From Bacillota bacterium (lineage in GTDB: Bacteria; Bacillota; UBA994; UBA5500), in contig JAKOXL010000048.1 of assembly GCA_029781045.1 (NCBI GenBank), forward strand, positions 52,261 to 116,260: 64,000 nt of DNA, read 5' to 3'. The notes under the pieces are model-generated. The model saw only the letters and a list, made by a program, of their open reading frames with translations. It was not told the DNA's origin and did not search any database. Positions 31,561 to 41,010 of this stretch are shown here, piece after piece; within the stretch, counting starts at the first letter, position 1; each line of letters opens with the position of its first letter. Made by a program: the position numbers and the translations under genes.

Positions 31561-34005
31561 CTAACTAACCAAAGGGACGTCTTGCGCTCCTTTAGTTACG
31601 CGAATTGCAATCACAGTCATATCATCTATTATCTGATTGCGGGTGTTCATGGTGGCCCGATCCATTAAATACTTCACCAGATCGGCCGGTTTCTCCTGCG
31701 TGCTCTGCCGTAGAATGCGAGCAAACCACTCTTCTTTGTCGGCAATGTCTTTCTGCGAGTCTAACAGCCCATCAGTCAACATGACTAGAATGTCACCGGG
31801 CTGTAGACTAATACGGCGGCTTTCCACATCAATATTATGTAAGATACCTGCCGGAAGAGAATTGGACCGTATACATTCTACCTTATCTCCTCTTTTTAGA
31901 AAAGCTGCCGTAGCGCCGATTTTTGTTAGCTCGGCTATCCCTGTATATAAATCTATGATGGCCATGTCGACAGTAGCAAAGGTCTCCTGCGATGAGCGTA
32001 ACATGAGGACCGAGTTAATGGTTTGCACCGCTGTCTTTTTGTCAAAACCGGAGCGAAGTAATTGTTCCAGCACAGCCACTGTAGCCCGGCTTTCGCGGTT
32101 GGCCTCTGGACCGTTGCCCATGCCATCGCTTAACAACACTGCCAGCTTACCGTTAGGCAACTCCTTAATACTAGCCGTATCGCCCGAAACACCGGTTCCG
32201 GTACGACAGACTTGGGCCACACTAGATTCCACCTGCAGTGGCTGACTGGTGGACAGGCAGAGGGTACACTTGCCTTTACCGCTACGCCCCGGACACTTGG
32301 AGTACATGCGCACAACTGGGCGGCCAACCAAGCAACTGACTAAAGGAATCAGCTGATCCGCACACACGCTTTCGTCGGGCTTACAAGCCGTTTTTTTAAT
32401 GATGACATCTATGCGATCGGGACGCCTATAGACTTCCACCCCCTGCACATTAAGCTTAAGGGCGATAATCTGCTCCTTGATTTCTTCCGCCAAGTCATGC
32501 TGTAGTTCATCTTCCATACGCAGATCGTGGGTTAGACTACGCATGATATTGGCCACCCCTCGTAACTGATTAGCCACTAGGGTACGGCTTTCCCGCAGCT
32601 TCTTCTGGTAATAGAGATTAAGCTTATATACTTTTACTAAGTAGTTGGCACAGGTGATAAGTTCCGTCGGTCGGCGGCAACGCTTCTTTACTGCCTCTGG
32701 AACCCGATTAACCGACAGCTCCCCTTGGGCATCGGCTAATGCCAGCATGTTTAACAAGGTATGGTAGCTTTTGTAGAAGTTCTTTTGCCAGCAATCATTG
32801 AAGTGGGTACAATTCTCACATACATCGGTAACTATATGATCCATTAAGGCATTGAAGTTCTTCTCCACCAAGAAACCTTCGTCATTTTCCTTTTCACTAA
32901 AGGTTTCTGCCAGTTGCGTAAACACCGCCTCCAAATCAGCCAGACGTCCCATGGCCAAGCGCTGGACCCTCTGTGCTTGCTGTTGTCCACTGGCTTTGCT
33001 CGGCTGGACTTGTGCAACATGCGGACGTAACCAACCCCTCCAGCGTTGGCCGCTAAGTAGCAAGAGTCCGAAGGCGATTAAGGAGGAGTAAGTTAACTGG
33101 CGAAGATCACCGGGCTGACTGCCGTACACAGTGAGTAAGAGTAGACTGAGGGTAAAACCAAGCCCGACACCTATCTTTCTCAGTTCATTAAATAACCCGG
33201 CTAAGAGCCCCGCTCCCGCGTATAACCCTACTTGACTCAACAATGCAGGGTGAGCCAGGTTTTGCACCACACCTATGGTGGCACCAGCTACACAACCCCA
33301 AGTAGGCCCTCCCACATGGGCCCCCAGCATCACGAAGTAGGCGGCCGCAATGGATTTACAGGAGATACCTAATAGGCTCCAGCCCTCAAGGCCGATCAAC
33401 ATGGCCGCCAAGACTATACTAAAGGCCAGTGCTTGCTCGCCTTGTAGCTCCAGCTTGTCCTGGTGTAAAAAGGACCTGCCGGCTTGGGCAAAAACGTAGG
33501 CTAATACAGTCACTAGGCCTGCTTCCAGTAGAGTACTGGTCAGATCAAAAACCGATGGAGGCTGCAACAAGAATACGGGCAACTTAACCAACAGGCAGGA
33601 GAGGGTAGCCATGCCCATCCCCACAAAAAGGTGGCGCCAACGCTGGTTTAAGAAGTAGCGTTCTAGGCTGACATAGATTCCCATACAACCCAAAAGGCTA
33701 ACAGCAGCACCAGGAGATCGCAACAAGGCTCCTAGTGTTAAGCCGACAGCCGCCGACCAGCTCTGCTCCGGACGCACCCAGCGGACGGCTACAAACAAAG
33801 CCAGGCCGAAGGGAGCCAAATCACCGAAGACTACAGCTCGTCCCAGTAAGACGGCCATCACCAGTAGGCGCAAAGTCACTCCATCGCTAAGGGAGGCTGG
33901 CCAACTTCTGCTAAGACGCTGTTGCCATGAAGTTCGTGCGACCGGTTCGTATTGACCAAATGCGGGTGAGCTAAATCGTGCCTTATTGAGCATCAGCCTC
34001 AACAC
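31561..34005 (-). CDS. spoIIE: Stage II sporulation protein E (PP2C phosphatase with an N-terminal polytopic domain)
   Basis: 814 aa with ten TM segments followed by a PP2C domain (DGMG). Confidence 0.9.
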   Translation of the reverse strand: MLRLMLNKARFSSPAFGQYEPVARTSWQQRLSRSWPASLSDGVTLRLLVMAVLLGRAVVFGDLAPFGLALFVAVRWVRPEQSWSAAVGLTLGALLRSPGAAVSLLGCMGIYVSLERYFLNQRWRHLFVGMGMATLSCLLVKLPVFLLQPPSVFDLTSTLLEAGLVTVLAYVFAQAGRSFLHQDKLELQGEQALAFSIVLAAMLIGLEGWSLLGISCKSIAAAYFVMLGAHVGGPTWGCVAGATIGVVQNLAHPALLSQVGLYAGAGLLAGLFNELRKIGVGLGFTLSLLLLTVYGSQPGDLRQLTYSSLIAFGLLLLSGQRWRGWLRPHVAQVQPSKASGQQQAQRVQRLAMGRLADLEAVFTQLAETFSEKENDEGFLVEKNFNALMDHIVTDVCENCTHFNDCWQKNFYKSYHTLLNMLALADAQGELSVNRVPEAVKKRCRRPTELITCANYLVKVYKLNLYYQKKLRESRTLVANQLRGVANIMRSLTHDLRMEDELQHDLAEEIKEQIIALKLNVQGVEVYRRPDRIDVIIKKTACKPDESVCADQLIPLVSCLVGRPVVRMYSKCPGRSGKGKCTLCLSTSQPLQVESSVAQVCRTGTGVSGDTASIKELPNGKLAVLLSDGMGNGPEANRESRATVAVLEQLLRSGFDKKTAVQTINSVLMLRSSQETFATVDMAIIDLYTGIAELTKIGATAAFLKRGDKVECIRSNSLPAGILHNIDVESRRISLQPGDILVMLTDGLLDSQKDIADKEEWFARILRQSTQEKPADLVKYLMDRATMNTRNQIIDDMTVIAIRVTKGAQDVPLVS

Positions 34006-34054
34006 CTCGTCTTCCTTACCTTTGCGCCCATTATAGGCAAAAGTAGGAGGAAGC

Positions 34055-34140
34055 TATGTCAAACGACGCGGTTGCGGTTACAAAAATTGCGACATATTTC
34101 TCGTGTCGACACCCAACATATTGGGTATATAAGGTGGGGC
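34055..34140 (-). promoter_or_regulatory. Putative Spo0A-box cluster in the spoIIE promoter region
   Basis: Near-matches to the TGTCGAA 0A-box are TGTCGCA and the palindrome GTGTCGACAC, 55-135 nt upstream of the spoIIE start. Confidence 0.25.
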
Positions 34141-34346
34141 TGTACCGAGCGCTAGTAGCACCCCCGACTGGCAACCCCGACTGCCGCCCCCGAGGCAAGG
34201 GACAACCTGTCGATAAGTTCTAAAGATGCGACAAAAATAGTTGTTCTAAAGACCAACTCCAGCGCATAGACAAAGGGCTTGGCAATAGCCCCTGTGTGAT
34301 TAAACTAGAGAGCTCTTTTCGGAAACAGCCTCCCGACTAGCTCTGC

Positions 34347-34380
34347 AAAGCAAAAAGCCTCGCGCAATCGCGAGGCTCTA
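34347..34380 (-). terminator. Terminator after the tRNA-Met/tRNA-Lys pair
   Basis: Minus strand reads GAGCCTCGCG-ATTG-CGCGAGGCT followed by TTTTGCTTTG. Confidence 0.45.
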
Positions 34381-34389
34381 ATACTCAAA

Positions 34390-34465
34390 TGGTGCGCCAT
34401 CAGGGACTCGAACCCCGGACCCACTGATTAAGAGTCAGTTGCTCTACCAACTGAGCTAATGGCGC
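34390..34465 (-). tRNA. tRNA-Lys (anticodon CTT)
   Basis: Hand-folded cloverleaf GCGCCAT-TA-GCTC..GAGC-A-ACTGA-CTCTTAA-TCAGT..TTCGAGT..ATGGCGC-A-CCA; the CCA end is genome-encoded. Confidence 0.85.
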
Positions 34466-34475
34466 ATATTCACAT

Positions 34476-34552
34476 TGGTGGCGGCGACTGGACTCGAACC
34501 AGTGACACTGCGGGTATGAACCGCATGCTCTAGCCAACTGAGCTACGCCGCC
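34476..34552 (-). tRNA. tRNA-Met, elongator type (anticodon CAT; a lysidine tRNA-Ile2 is not excluded)
   Basis: GGCGGCGTAGCTCAGTTGGCTAGAGCATGCGGTTCATACCCGCAG... with a fully paired acceptor stem. Confidence 0.8.
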
Positions 34553-34619
34553 AACTGTAGCGGACGAGATATATTCTACAGCATCATGCTAGGAAGGTCA
34601 AGTATTATTCGTTAGCAGA

Positions 34620-35012
34620 TTATGGGCGATATTTGCCGGACTGTTGACGTAGAGAACGGGGAGAATAGCCGCCCCGGCCACCTCGTTTAGCTTCCGTGTT
34701 TTTCCTTAGACTGGAAAGGCGCTCCTCGCTGTCCTTCAAGAAACGGGCCAACTGTTCATCCAGCGAAACTGTAGGACGACGGCGAGCTTGGCGTATAGAC
34801 AGACCAATTTTTCCGCGGCCATCCACGTTAATTACCTTTACAGTTACTCGTTCACCCAACTTCAAGTAGTCATTGATGTCTTTAACGTAGGCATCAGCAA
34901 CTTCCGAAATATGGACTAAACCCGTTTGTCCAGTTTCAAGCTCTACAAATGCCCCAAAGTTTGTAATCCCCGTCACCAGTCCGCTAACAACAGTGCCTAC
35001 TTCTAAAGCCAT
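34620..35012 (-). CDS. yabR: S1 RNA-binding domain protein (YabR-like)
   Basis: S1 domain GTVVSGLVTGITNFGAFVEL with an R/G-rich tail. The start is taken at the internal Met MALEVG. Confidence 0.7.
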   Translation of the reverse strand: MALEVGTVVSGLVTGITNFGAFVELETGQTGLVHISEVADAYVKDINDYLKLGERVTVKVINVDGRGKIGLSIRQARRRPTVSLDEQLARFLKDSEERLSSLRKNTEAKRGGRGGYSPRSLRQQSGKYRP

Positions 35013-35143
35013 TACTGTTGGATTTCCCTCCAAAAAGATTTTGACTAACATTATGAGTATAATCCACGCCACATTAAGCGTCAATAACCCATTGTTTAGC
35101 AATACCGCGCGAAAGACTTCTACCAATTACACTGACCCAAAGC

Positions 35144-35521
35144 CTAAGGAATCACCCCACCCTTAGGATCGGTCGACACATAAATGGTATCATTGGGCTT
35201 CACCATACCCATCTCGCGAGCTAATCGCTCCAAATAGGCTGGGTCAGTTAGCAAACGCTCAATTTGCTCTTGCAACAGCTGATTGTCAGCCTGCAGCTGT
35301 TGTTGACGCCGAAGCAACTCTTCACAGCGGGTCACAAGCGCTCGCATACGCATCTCCTGTCGCACCCATTGAACCCCCGCGCAGACGAAGTAGGCACTGA
35401 GAAATAGGCACAGCAGAATCACTGGCCAGCGCCGTTTACGGGTCTTCTGATGTTGGCGCACACTTGGTGCATTGGGGAAAGGGATTATCTGTCGCGCTCT
35501 ATTTGGCATGCCATCACCCAC
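35144..35521 (-). CDS. divIC: Septum formation initiator (DivIC/FtsB family)
   Basis: One TM segment followed by a coiled coil, LQADNQLLQEQIERLLTDPAYLERLAR. Confidence 0.7.
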   Translation of the reverse strand: MGDGMPNRARQIIPFPNAPSVRQHQKTRKRRWPVILLCLFLSAYFVCAGVQWVRQEMRMRALVTRCEELLRRQQQLQADNQLLQEQIERLLTDPAYLERLAREMGMVKPNDTIYVSTDPKGGVIP

Positions 35522-35593
35522 AGTCAGTCAACTTTTCTTCGTTAACCTTGTTAATTCGCCATAACTAATCAACTCTCCTGCTGAATATACCTT

Positions 35594-36124
35594 TCATTCC
35601 TTATCCTGGTTGAAAAACTTGTTTAGTAGGCGCTGTAGAGCCATCCGTAGGCGAACCGCCCATCCCTTTAAGACTCTTAACAACCAGTTACGCAGCAGCA
35701 CAAAGGGTTTAAGTAGCCAGTGAAGCAGGCTACAAAGGGGTAACACAAGTGCATGGTAGGGCCAGAGTAGAACACCCATAATCGCCTCTATCACTCGACT
35801 TAGCCAGGCCAGAAAAAGGGCAAGGCGATGGAATACCAGTGCCCAGGCCGACAACAGAATGGGGCTCAACCAGTAAAAGTACGCGCCGGCCCCCAAGGCC
35901 AAACAGAGCAACAAAAATACGCGCACCTCTCCCAAGTTCACTCGCAGCAGTACGATATAAACCCAGATCGTATAGGTAAACCAAAAGAGCAAATCGGTAG
36001 CTGCCGTAAGTAGCTGTCCAGGCGTGCTAGCACGGCGCAATACCCGGTAAAGATCAAAGAAGAAGCCAAAGCAGAAACCGAGAAAGGTAAAGATAAACGC
36101 GCCGAGAGGTTGGGCTACCGACAT
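35594..36124 (-). CDS. yabQ: Spore cortex biosynthesis protein YabQ
   Basis: 176-aa polytopic protein in the yabP-yabQ-divIC position. Confidence 0.65.
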   Translation of the reverse strand: MSVAQPLGAFIFTFLGFCFGFFFDLYRVLRRASTPGQLLTAATDLLFWFTYTIWVYIVLLRVNLGEVRVFLLLCLALGAGAYFYWLSPILLSAWALVFHRLALFLAWLSRVIEAIMGVLLWPYHALVLPLCSLLHWLLKPFVLLRNWLLRVLKGWAVRLRMALQRLLNKFFNQDKE

Positions 36125-36249
36125 CGGGGCACCTCCGCATTAACAGTATCTTATGCAGCTGATGGCTCATGTGTCATTTTGCTTTGAAAAAAGGGACCTT
36201 AGCAGTGCTAAGACCCCTCCATTACTCTCCAAGGCTGGCTGCTTTCCAG

Positions 36250-36543
36250 TTAGCCAAAAATGCGACTAAAAAGCCCTTTGCTGCGACCTTTGCCAACACT
36301 CGCTATACCGCCTTCGAGATAGTCAACAGCCTTAACCATACCCTCTATACTCAGTTTCCCCTCATCCAGACTCAGCTGCTTGATGTGTAAGTCCTCACCT
36401 CTAATGGCCATCATGCCCAGTTCGGTCTCCAAAATGACCTCCTGGTCATCAAAGCTGTCCACATGAACGACACCTTCTAGTGCCACCTGTTCTCGGTTAG
36501 TAATCACAATGCGATGCAGACACTGGTCTTGCGACTGATTCAT
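36250..36543 (-). CDS. yabP: Sporulation protein YabP
   Basis: 97 aa with the YabP beta-barrel family signature VALEGVVHVDSFDDQEVILET. Confidence 0.7.
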   Translation of the reverse strand: MNQSQDQCLHRIVITNREQVALEGVVHVDSFDDQEVILETELGMMAIRGEDLHIKQLSLDEGKLSIEGMVKAVDYLEGGIASVGKGRSKGLFSRIFG

Positions 36544-36668
36544 ACGTAAATCCCCCCTGTATCCAAATGCCTAGGCCGTTCTACGCTAGGCTGTCCTATC
36601 TTTGCTAGACTATATGAGCCAAAAAGCTCGTCTAGAACAGATTGGGGGCAGGTCTGCAAGAAATCGGG

Positions 36669-37664
36669 TTAATCCCAGATCTTGAAGATACCAACACCGT
36701 GGAAATAGGAATGAATAATATCTTCGGCGTTGGCGCCTCGCTCGGCTCGGCCTTTGGCACCCCATTGGGACATACCGACGCCATGGCCATAGCCTTTACC
36801 GGTAAAGGTCACCTTATCACCGCTTACTTTGATAGACTCAATCAGAGTAGATCTTAGCTTAGTGCTACCCACAGCCAGACGAAAGGCCGGAGCCGAAACG
36901 GTGGCATTACCCACCCGTAGCGTCAAGGCGCGTCCCGACTCTCCCCTTTCTACGATTTCCACCGTGCTGAAACTTCCTGTCTTCTGCCCCACCTTCTCTA
37001 AAGCCTTGGCGATTTCGCTCTTACTAAAGGTGGCGGTCCAGGTGCGGTCTTCCGGCGGAGTGGCTTCAACACTAATGGGGTCATCGACCGCTACCACATA
37101 GGGGGTTGGTTCCTTATCAAAGGCCAAGCCTTCTAGTGCCGTGGCCGTCTTACCACCCGAGTTGGCATGGAACCAGGCGCGAATGTAACGGCCATTATAG
37201 GCCACCACCTTGCCCCGCGTCAAACGCACCGCCTCGCGCACATTGTCATTGATGCGACTGGCATCATAGGCTTGAAATTCCTCGATATCGGTGGACGCAT
37301 GGGCGTTGCGGTGGGGCACTCCGCCCTCTCGGGCTATTTTTTCCAGAGTAAAGGTGCGGGCCAAAATAGCCTGTGCGGCTAAAGCTTCGATGGGCCATTT
37401 AGGATCCATCTCCGCCGCCACCACACCCGCAATGTACTCCTCAAAAGGCATGGTCTTCACTTGTCCAGTCTCTTTGATATAGACCTTCAACTCCGGTTCC
37501 TGCCGCTCGCCGCGTGCAATGGCCGACGGTATGGCCGGGGCACCGCTAGTCTGCCCTCCTTCAGGACGGCGCATAGCACGACAAGAAACCAACAACAGCA
37601 AAACCATCAGGATAGCCAGTGTGCTGCGAAGACGATTGGGTCTCTTCATGTAACTGCCTCCCAT
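36669..37664 (-). CDS. SpoIID/LytB-domain lipoprotein (SpoIID-like amidase enhancer)
   Basis: Lipobox LLLVSC; a SpoIID domain of about 300 aa (GYGHGVGMSQWGA). Confidence 0.75.
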   Translation of the reverse strand: MGGSYMKRPNRLRSTLAILMVLLLLVSCRAMRRPEGGQTSGAPAIPSAIARGERQEPELKVYIKETGQVKTMPFEEYIAGVVAAEMDPKWPIEALAAQAILARTFTLEKIAREGGVPHRNAHASTDIEEFQAYDASRINDNVREAVRLTRGKVVAYNGRYIRAWFHANSGGKTATALEGLAFDKEPTPYVVAVDDPISVEATPPEDRTWTATFSKSEIAKALEKVGQKTGSFSTVEIVERGESGRALTLRVGNATVSAPAFRLAVGSTKLRSTLIESIKVSGDKVTFTGKGYGHGVGMSQWGAKGRAERGANAEDIIHSYFHGVGIFKIWD

Positions 37665-37702
37665 ACTAGTCTGGTCAGCAGTATTATTCCCCGTAAGCTA
37701 CC

Positions 37703-37960
37703 TTAAAGTACACGCATATCATCAAGTACAGTGTAAAGCAGTTCAGCTTCTTCTTTTCGTACCGTTTCTTGCAGCCGCTCTACACGCACCCTTAAGACAC
37801 GTTGCCCAAAGTCAATGGTGAGAACATCGCCCACTTGCACCTCACTGCCAGCCTTGGCTACTCGACCATTAAGCTGTATTCGACCCTGATCGCAAACTTC
37901 TTTGGCCAAGGTGCGACGCTTGATGAGGCGCGACACCTTAAGAAACTTATCTATACGCAT
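37703..37960 (-). CDS. yabO: S4-domain RNA-binding protein (YabO/Hsp15-like)
   Basis: 85 aa, MRIDKFLKVSRLIKRRTLAK. Confidence 0.8.
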   Translation of the reverse strand: MRIDKFLKVSRLIKRRTLAKEVCDQGRIQLNGRVAKAGSEVQVGDVLTIDFGQRVLRVRVERLQETVRKEEAELLYTVLDDMRVL

Positions 37961-37982
37961 TTGTTGCCTCCTCTAACTTAAC

Positions 37983-38022
37983 GAAAATCAGGTTCGGGGC
38001 TGCCGAACCTGATCTTCGTCTG
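37983..38022 (-). terminator. Rho-independent terminator after hbs
   Basis: Minus strand reads GATCAGGTTCGG-CAGCC-CCGAACCTGAT followed by TTTCGTT. Confidence 0.5.
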
Positions 38023-38057
38023 AAATGCAGATGTCTTATGTAGTAGAGGTGTACCGG

Positions 38058-38339
38058 CTACTTAACAGCTTCCTTCAGTACCTTACCGGCCTTGAAAGCA
38101 GGCACGCGGCTGGCAGGGATCTGAATTTCTTCTCCGGTACCAGGGTTGCGCCCAGTGCGAGCTGCGCGCTCACGAGCTTCAAAAGTACCAAAGCCAACCA
38201 GCTGTACTTTCTCGCCCGCTTGCAAAGCTTCCTGTACTGCAGCCACAAAAGCATCTAGGGCAGCTTCTGCTTGTTTCTTGTTTAGCCCAGACTTGACAGC
38301 CATTCTGCTCACTAAGTCAGCCTTTTTTACAGTTGCCAC
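38058..38339 (-). CDS. hbs: DNA-binding protein HU
   Basis: [41 protein letters not shown] start 8 nt after AAGGAGG. Confidence 0.9.
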   Translation of the reverse strand: MATVKKADLVSRMAVKSGLNKKQAEAALDAFVAAVQEALQAGEKVQLVGFGTFEARERAARTGRNPGTGEEIQIPASRVPAFKAGKVLKEAVK

Positions 38340-38452
38340 AACAATAACCTCCTTAAGCAAGGGTGGTGCTTCTACCAGTTTCTTTACTTCGACAAATATT
38401 TGCCAAGTCCTTTTTTGCCGCTGTTTTTTAGCGAAAAATAGCTAAAAATGTC

Positions 38453-39244
38453 TTATCGACCTTTAGCTTCCTCCCACCAGCAATCCAGTTCCTGTAAGCT
38501 ATAGGAGTTCAACTCCCGACCAGCTGCTTGCGCCTGCTTTTCAATGTAAGCAAAGCGGCGACGGAACTTCATTACGGTGCTAAGCAAAGCACTTTCCGGC
38601 TCTACTTCCAGGAAACGAGCCACATTAACTATCGCAAACAACAGATCGCCCAATTCTTCGCTGATCTTTCTCTTATCACCGCCAGCAATTGCCCCCTCCA
38701 GCTCGGCCTTCTCCTCCGTCACCTTGGCCCAGGCACCTGTTATATCGTCCCAGTCAAAACCGACACGAGCCGCCTTCGCCTGTACCTTACAGGCTTGCAT
38801 AAGCGCGGGCATGTTTCGAGGCACCGAATCTAACAGGGAACCCTTCTCTTCTCCACCCCGTTCCTGTGCCTTAATCTCTTCCCAGTTACGCAACACTTGC
38901 TGGCTGGATTCTACCTGAACATCACCAAAAACATGGGGATGCCTGCGCTTCATCTTAGTTATGATCTGGCGCAGAGGCTCCGTCAAATCAAAGTTGCCTT
39001 GCTCTTTGGCAACTTGGGCATGGAAGACAATCTGTAATAATAAGTCTCCCAACTCCTCCGCCAGCTTATGCATGTCGCCCAGTTCTATAGCCTCCAGAAC
39101 CTCATAGGCTTCCTCAAGTAGGTAGGGTTTGAGGGAAACATGATCCTGTTCTCGGTCCCAGGGACACCCGTCAGGGCTCCTAAGCTTGTCCATCACTTGA
39201 GCCAGCTCAACTAAGAGCTCGCCTACTCCTCTCTGCTCTGCCAT
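38453..39244 (-). CDS. mazG: Nucleoside triphosphate pyrophosphohydrolase MazG (YabN)
   Basis: Two MazG domains with an EExxE motif. Confidence 0.85.
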   Translation of the reverse strand: MAEQRGVGELLVELAQVMDKLRSPDGCPWDREQDHVSLKPYLLEEAYEVLEAIELGDMHKLAEELGDLLLQIVFHAQVAKEQGNFDLTEPLRQIITKMKRRHPHVFGDVQVESSQQVLRNWEEIKAQERGGEEKGSLLDSVPRNMPALMQACKVQAKAARVGFDWDDITGAWAKVTEEKAELEGAIAGGDKRKISEELGDLLFAIVNVARFLEVEPESALLSTVMKFRRRFAYIEKQAQAAGRELNSYSLQELDCWWEEAKGR

Positions 39245-39246
39245 TA

Positions 39247-40866
39247 TTAACCCTCCCTGATTAGGCCAAAACGCAACAGAACCTGACTTAGGGGTTTTCC
39301 CACCTTAGGTATGATGGCCAGCTCTTGGGCCGTTAGGGCACCCGTTAAGAGCACTAGAACACCATAAAGGGTACCGGCGATAGCTATAGTCAGCAGCGTC
39401 GCCAGAGTATTAGAGAAACGTCCCGCTAGCCACAAATAGCTGTAGTGGGTGGCTACACCCATACCTGCCGTGGCCAGTATGGGGCGTAGAAAGGTCTCGC
39501 CCACGGGTATTTTAACTCCCGAGACCCGCAGCATAGCCCGATAGTTCAATAGAGAAGATACTGTAAAACCAATCACCGTGCTCAGAGCCGACCCGCGAAT
39601 ATTGAGGGTCGGTATGGCGGTGAGAAAATAGGTGGCTCCCAACTTGGCCAGTGCGCCATAGAACAAGTTGACCACCGGAACATGGGTCTTGCCCAATCCT
39701 TGCAGAATACCAGAAGTAGTCTGTTGTAAGGCCAAGAAGGCCACTACGTAGGCCAATACCGCCAAAGGAAAACCTACGGCCGTTCCGCTTTCTTTCCCGT
39801 AGAGCATGACGGCGATAGGGGTAGCCAATACGGATAGCCCCACGGCGGCAGGCAAGTTAATCAACATGGCCAACTTGAGGGCCAGAGCGGAACGGCGCTG
39901 CACCAAATGTCTTTGGCCCAAGGAGACGGCTGCAGCGATAGAGGGAATTAAGCTCGCCACTAGAGCCACGGTGAACATCTGGGGCAAGTTGATTAACGGG
40001 GTAGCCATACCCGACAATTGGCCATATAGACTGGTAGCCTCCGCTTGGGAAAAGCCAGCCGCCAATAGACGGCGTGGAACCACGCCTGCATCTATTAGCT
40101 GCATAAAGGGCAAGACTATACCCCCGATGGTAATGGGCACTGCTAAAGAGGCAAACTCTTTCACAATGCTACGGCTGCTTTCCCCTACTTTACCCTCCCG
40201 CTGCCACTTGCCTTCTAGTCTTGGTTTCAGTCGTCTATAGGCGAATAGCAACAGGACTAAGCCGGCGGCACCACCTAAGGTAACACCGGAAGAAATACCG
40301 GCAGCAACAATTTCCGGTTCCTTTTGTAAAGAAAAGAGGTATAGCCCGAAACCCAGAGCGATGCCAACCCGCACCACCTGTTCGACGATCTGACTGAGGG
40401 CGTAGGGCACCATCTCCTGAAAACCTTGAAAGTAACCCCGCATACCGGACATGAGGGCGACCACAAAAACAGCTGGGGCCATGGCTAGCAGGGCTCCCAG
40501 GGCCCGCCGATCACCCAGGACATTGTTAACAAGATAAGGGGATGCCAACATGAGGACGATCGTTGACAAAAGGCCTACCGTACCTAAGACCAGCATAGAT
40601 ATCTGAAACACTCGCTGGGCGGCCCTATACCTTTTTCTGGCCACTCGTTCGGCTATCATCTTGGCAATGGCTATAGGTGGCCCCGATATGGAAATGGCCA
40701 GCAGTGTATTGTAGATAGGATAAGCCATCTGATATAGCCCCATTATCTCATCACCGGCAAATCGGCCTAAGGGTATGCGATAAATAGCTCCCAAACCTCG
40801 CACAAAGATGCCGGCTATACTCAGTATGGCGGCATTCTTGACAAACCGATTATCACGTTCTTTCAC
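39247..40866 (-). CDS. spoVB: Stage V sporulation protein B (MOP/Wzx-type flippase)
   Basis: 539 aa, 14 TM, polysaccharide biosynthesis protein family. Confidence 0.8.
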   Translation of the reverse strand: MKERDNRFVKNAAILSIAGIFVRGLGAIYRIPLGRFAGDEIMGLYQMAYPIYNTLLAISISGPPIAIAKMIAERVARKRYRAAQRVFQISMLVLGTVGLLSTIVLMLASPYLVNNVLGDRRALGALLAMAPAVFVVALMSGMRGYFQGFQEMVPYALSQIVEQVVRVGIALGFGLYLFSLQKEPEIVAAGISSGVTLGGAAGLVLLLFAYRRLKPRLEGKWQREGKVGESSRSIVKEFASLAVPITIGGIVLPFMQLIDAGVVPRRLLAAGFSQAEATSLYGQLSGMATPLINLPQMFTVALVASLIPSIAAAVSLGQRHLVQRRSALALKLAMLINLPAAVGLSVLATPIAVMLYGKESGTAVGFPLAVLAYVVAFLALQQTTSGILQGLGKTHVPVVNLFYGALAKLGATYFLTAIPTLNIRGSALSTVIGFTVSSLLNYRAMLRVSGVKIPVGETFLRPILATAGMGVATHYSYLWLAGRFSNTLATLLTIAIAGTLYGVLVLLTGALTAQELAIIPKVGKPLSQVLLRFGLIREG

Positions 40867-40911
40867 TCTAGGCCCATCCCTTCTTCCATGGGTAAACTCT
40901 ACCTATTATAG

Positions 40912-40940
40912 CATGTATGGTGGCTATTCTACTCATATAC
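40912..40940 (-). promoter_or_regulatory. Candidate sigma-E-type promoter for spoVB
   Basis: Minus strand reads GTATATG-(14 nt)-CATACATG, compared with the kmATATT-N14-CATACA-T consensus. Confidence 0.3.
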
Positions 40941-40952
40941 TTCAGCCAAGCA

Positions 40953-40980
40953 GCAAAACGAGGTAGCAAGCGCTACCTCG
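40953..40980 (-). terminator. Terminator after spoVT
   Basis: Minus strand reads CGAGGTAGC-GCTT-GCTACCTCG followed by TTTTGCTG. Confidence 0.5.
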
Positions 40981-41010
40981 CTAATTCTTGACCCAATACC
41001 GCTTTCCTGC

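Noticed and set aside
34390-34552. The tRNA pair as a possible integration hotspot or genomic-island boundary
   Set aside because: The flanking genes (spoIIE upstream, yabR-divIC-yabQ-yabP downstream) match the conserved Bacillus order exactly. No integrase, direct repeats of tRNA 3' ends, or atypical genes are nearby.
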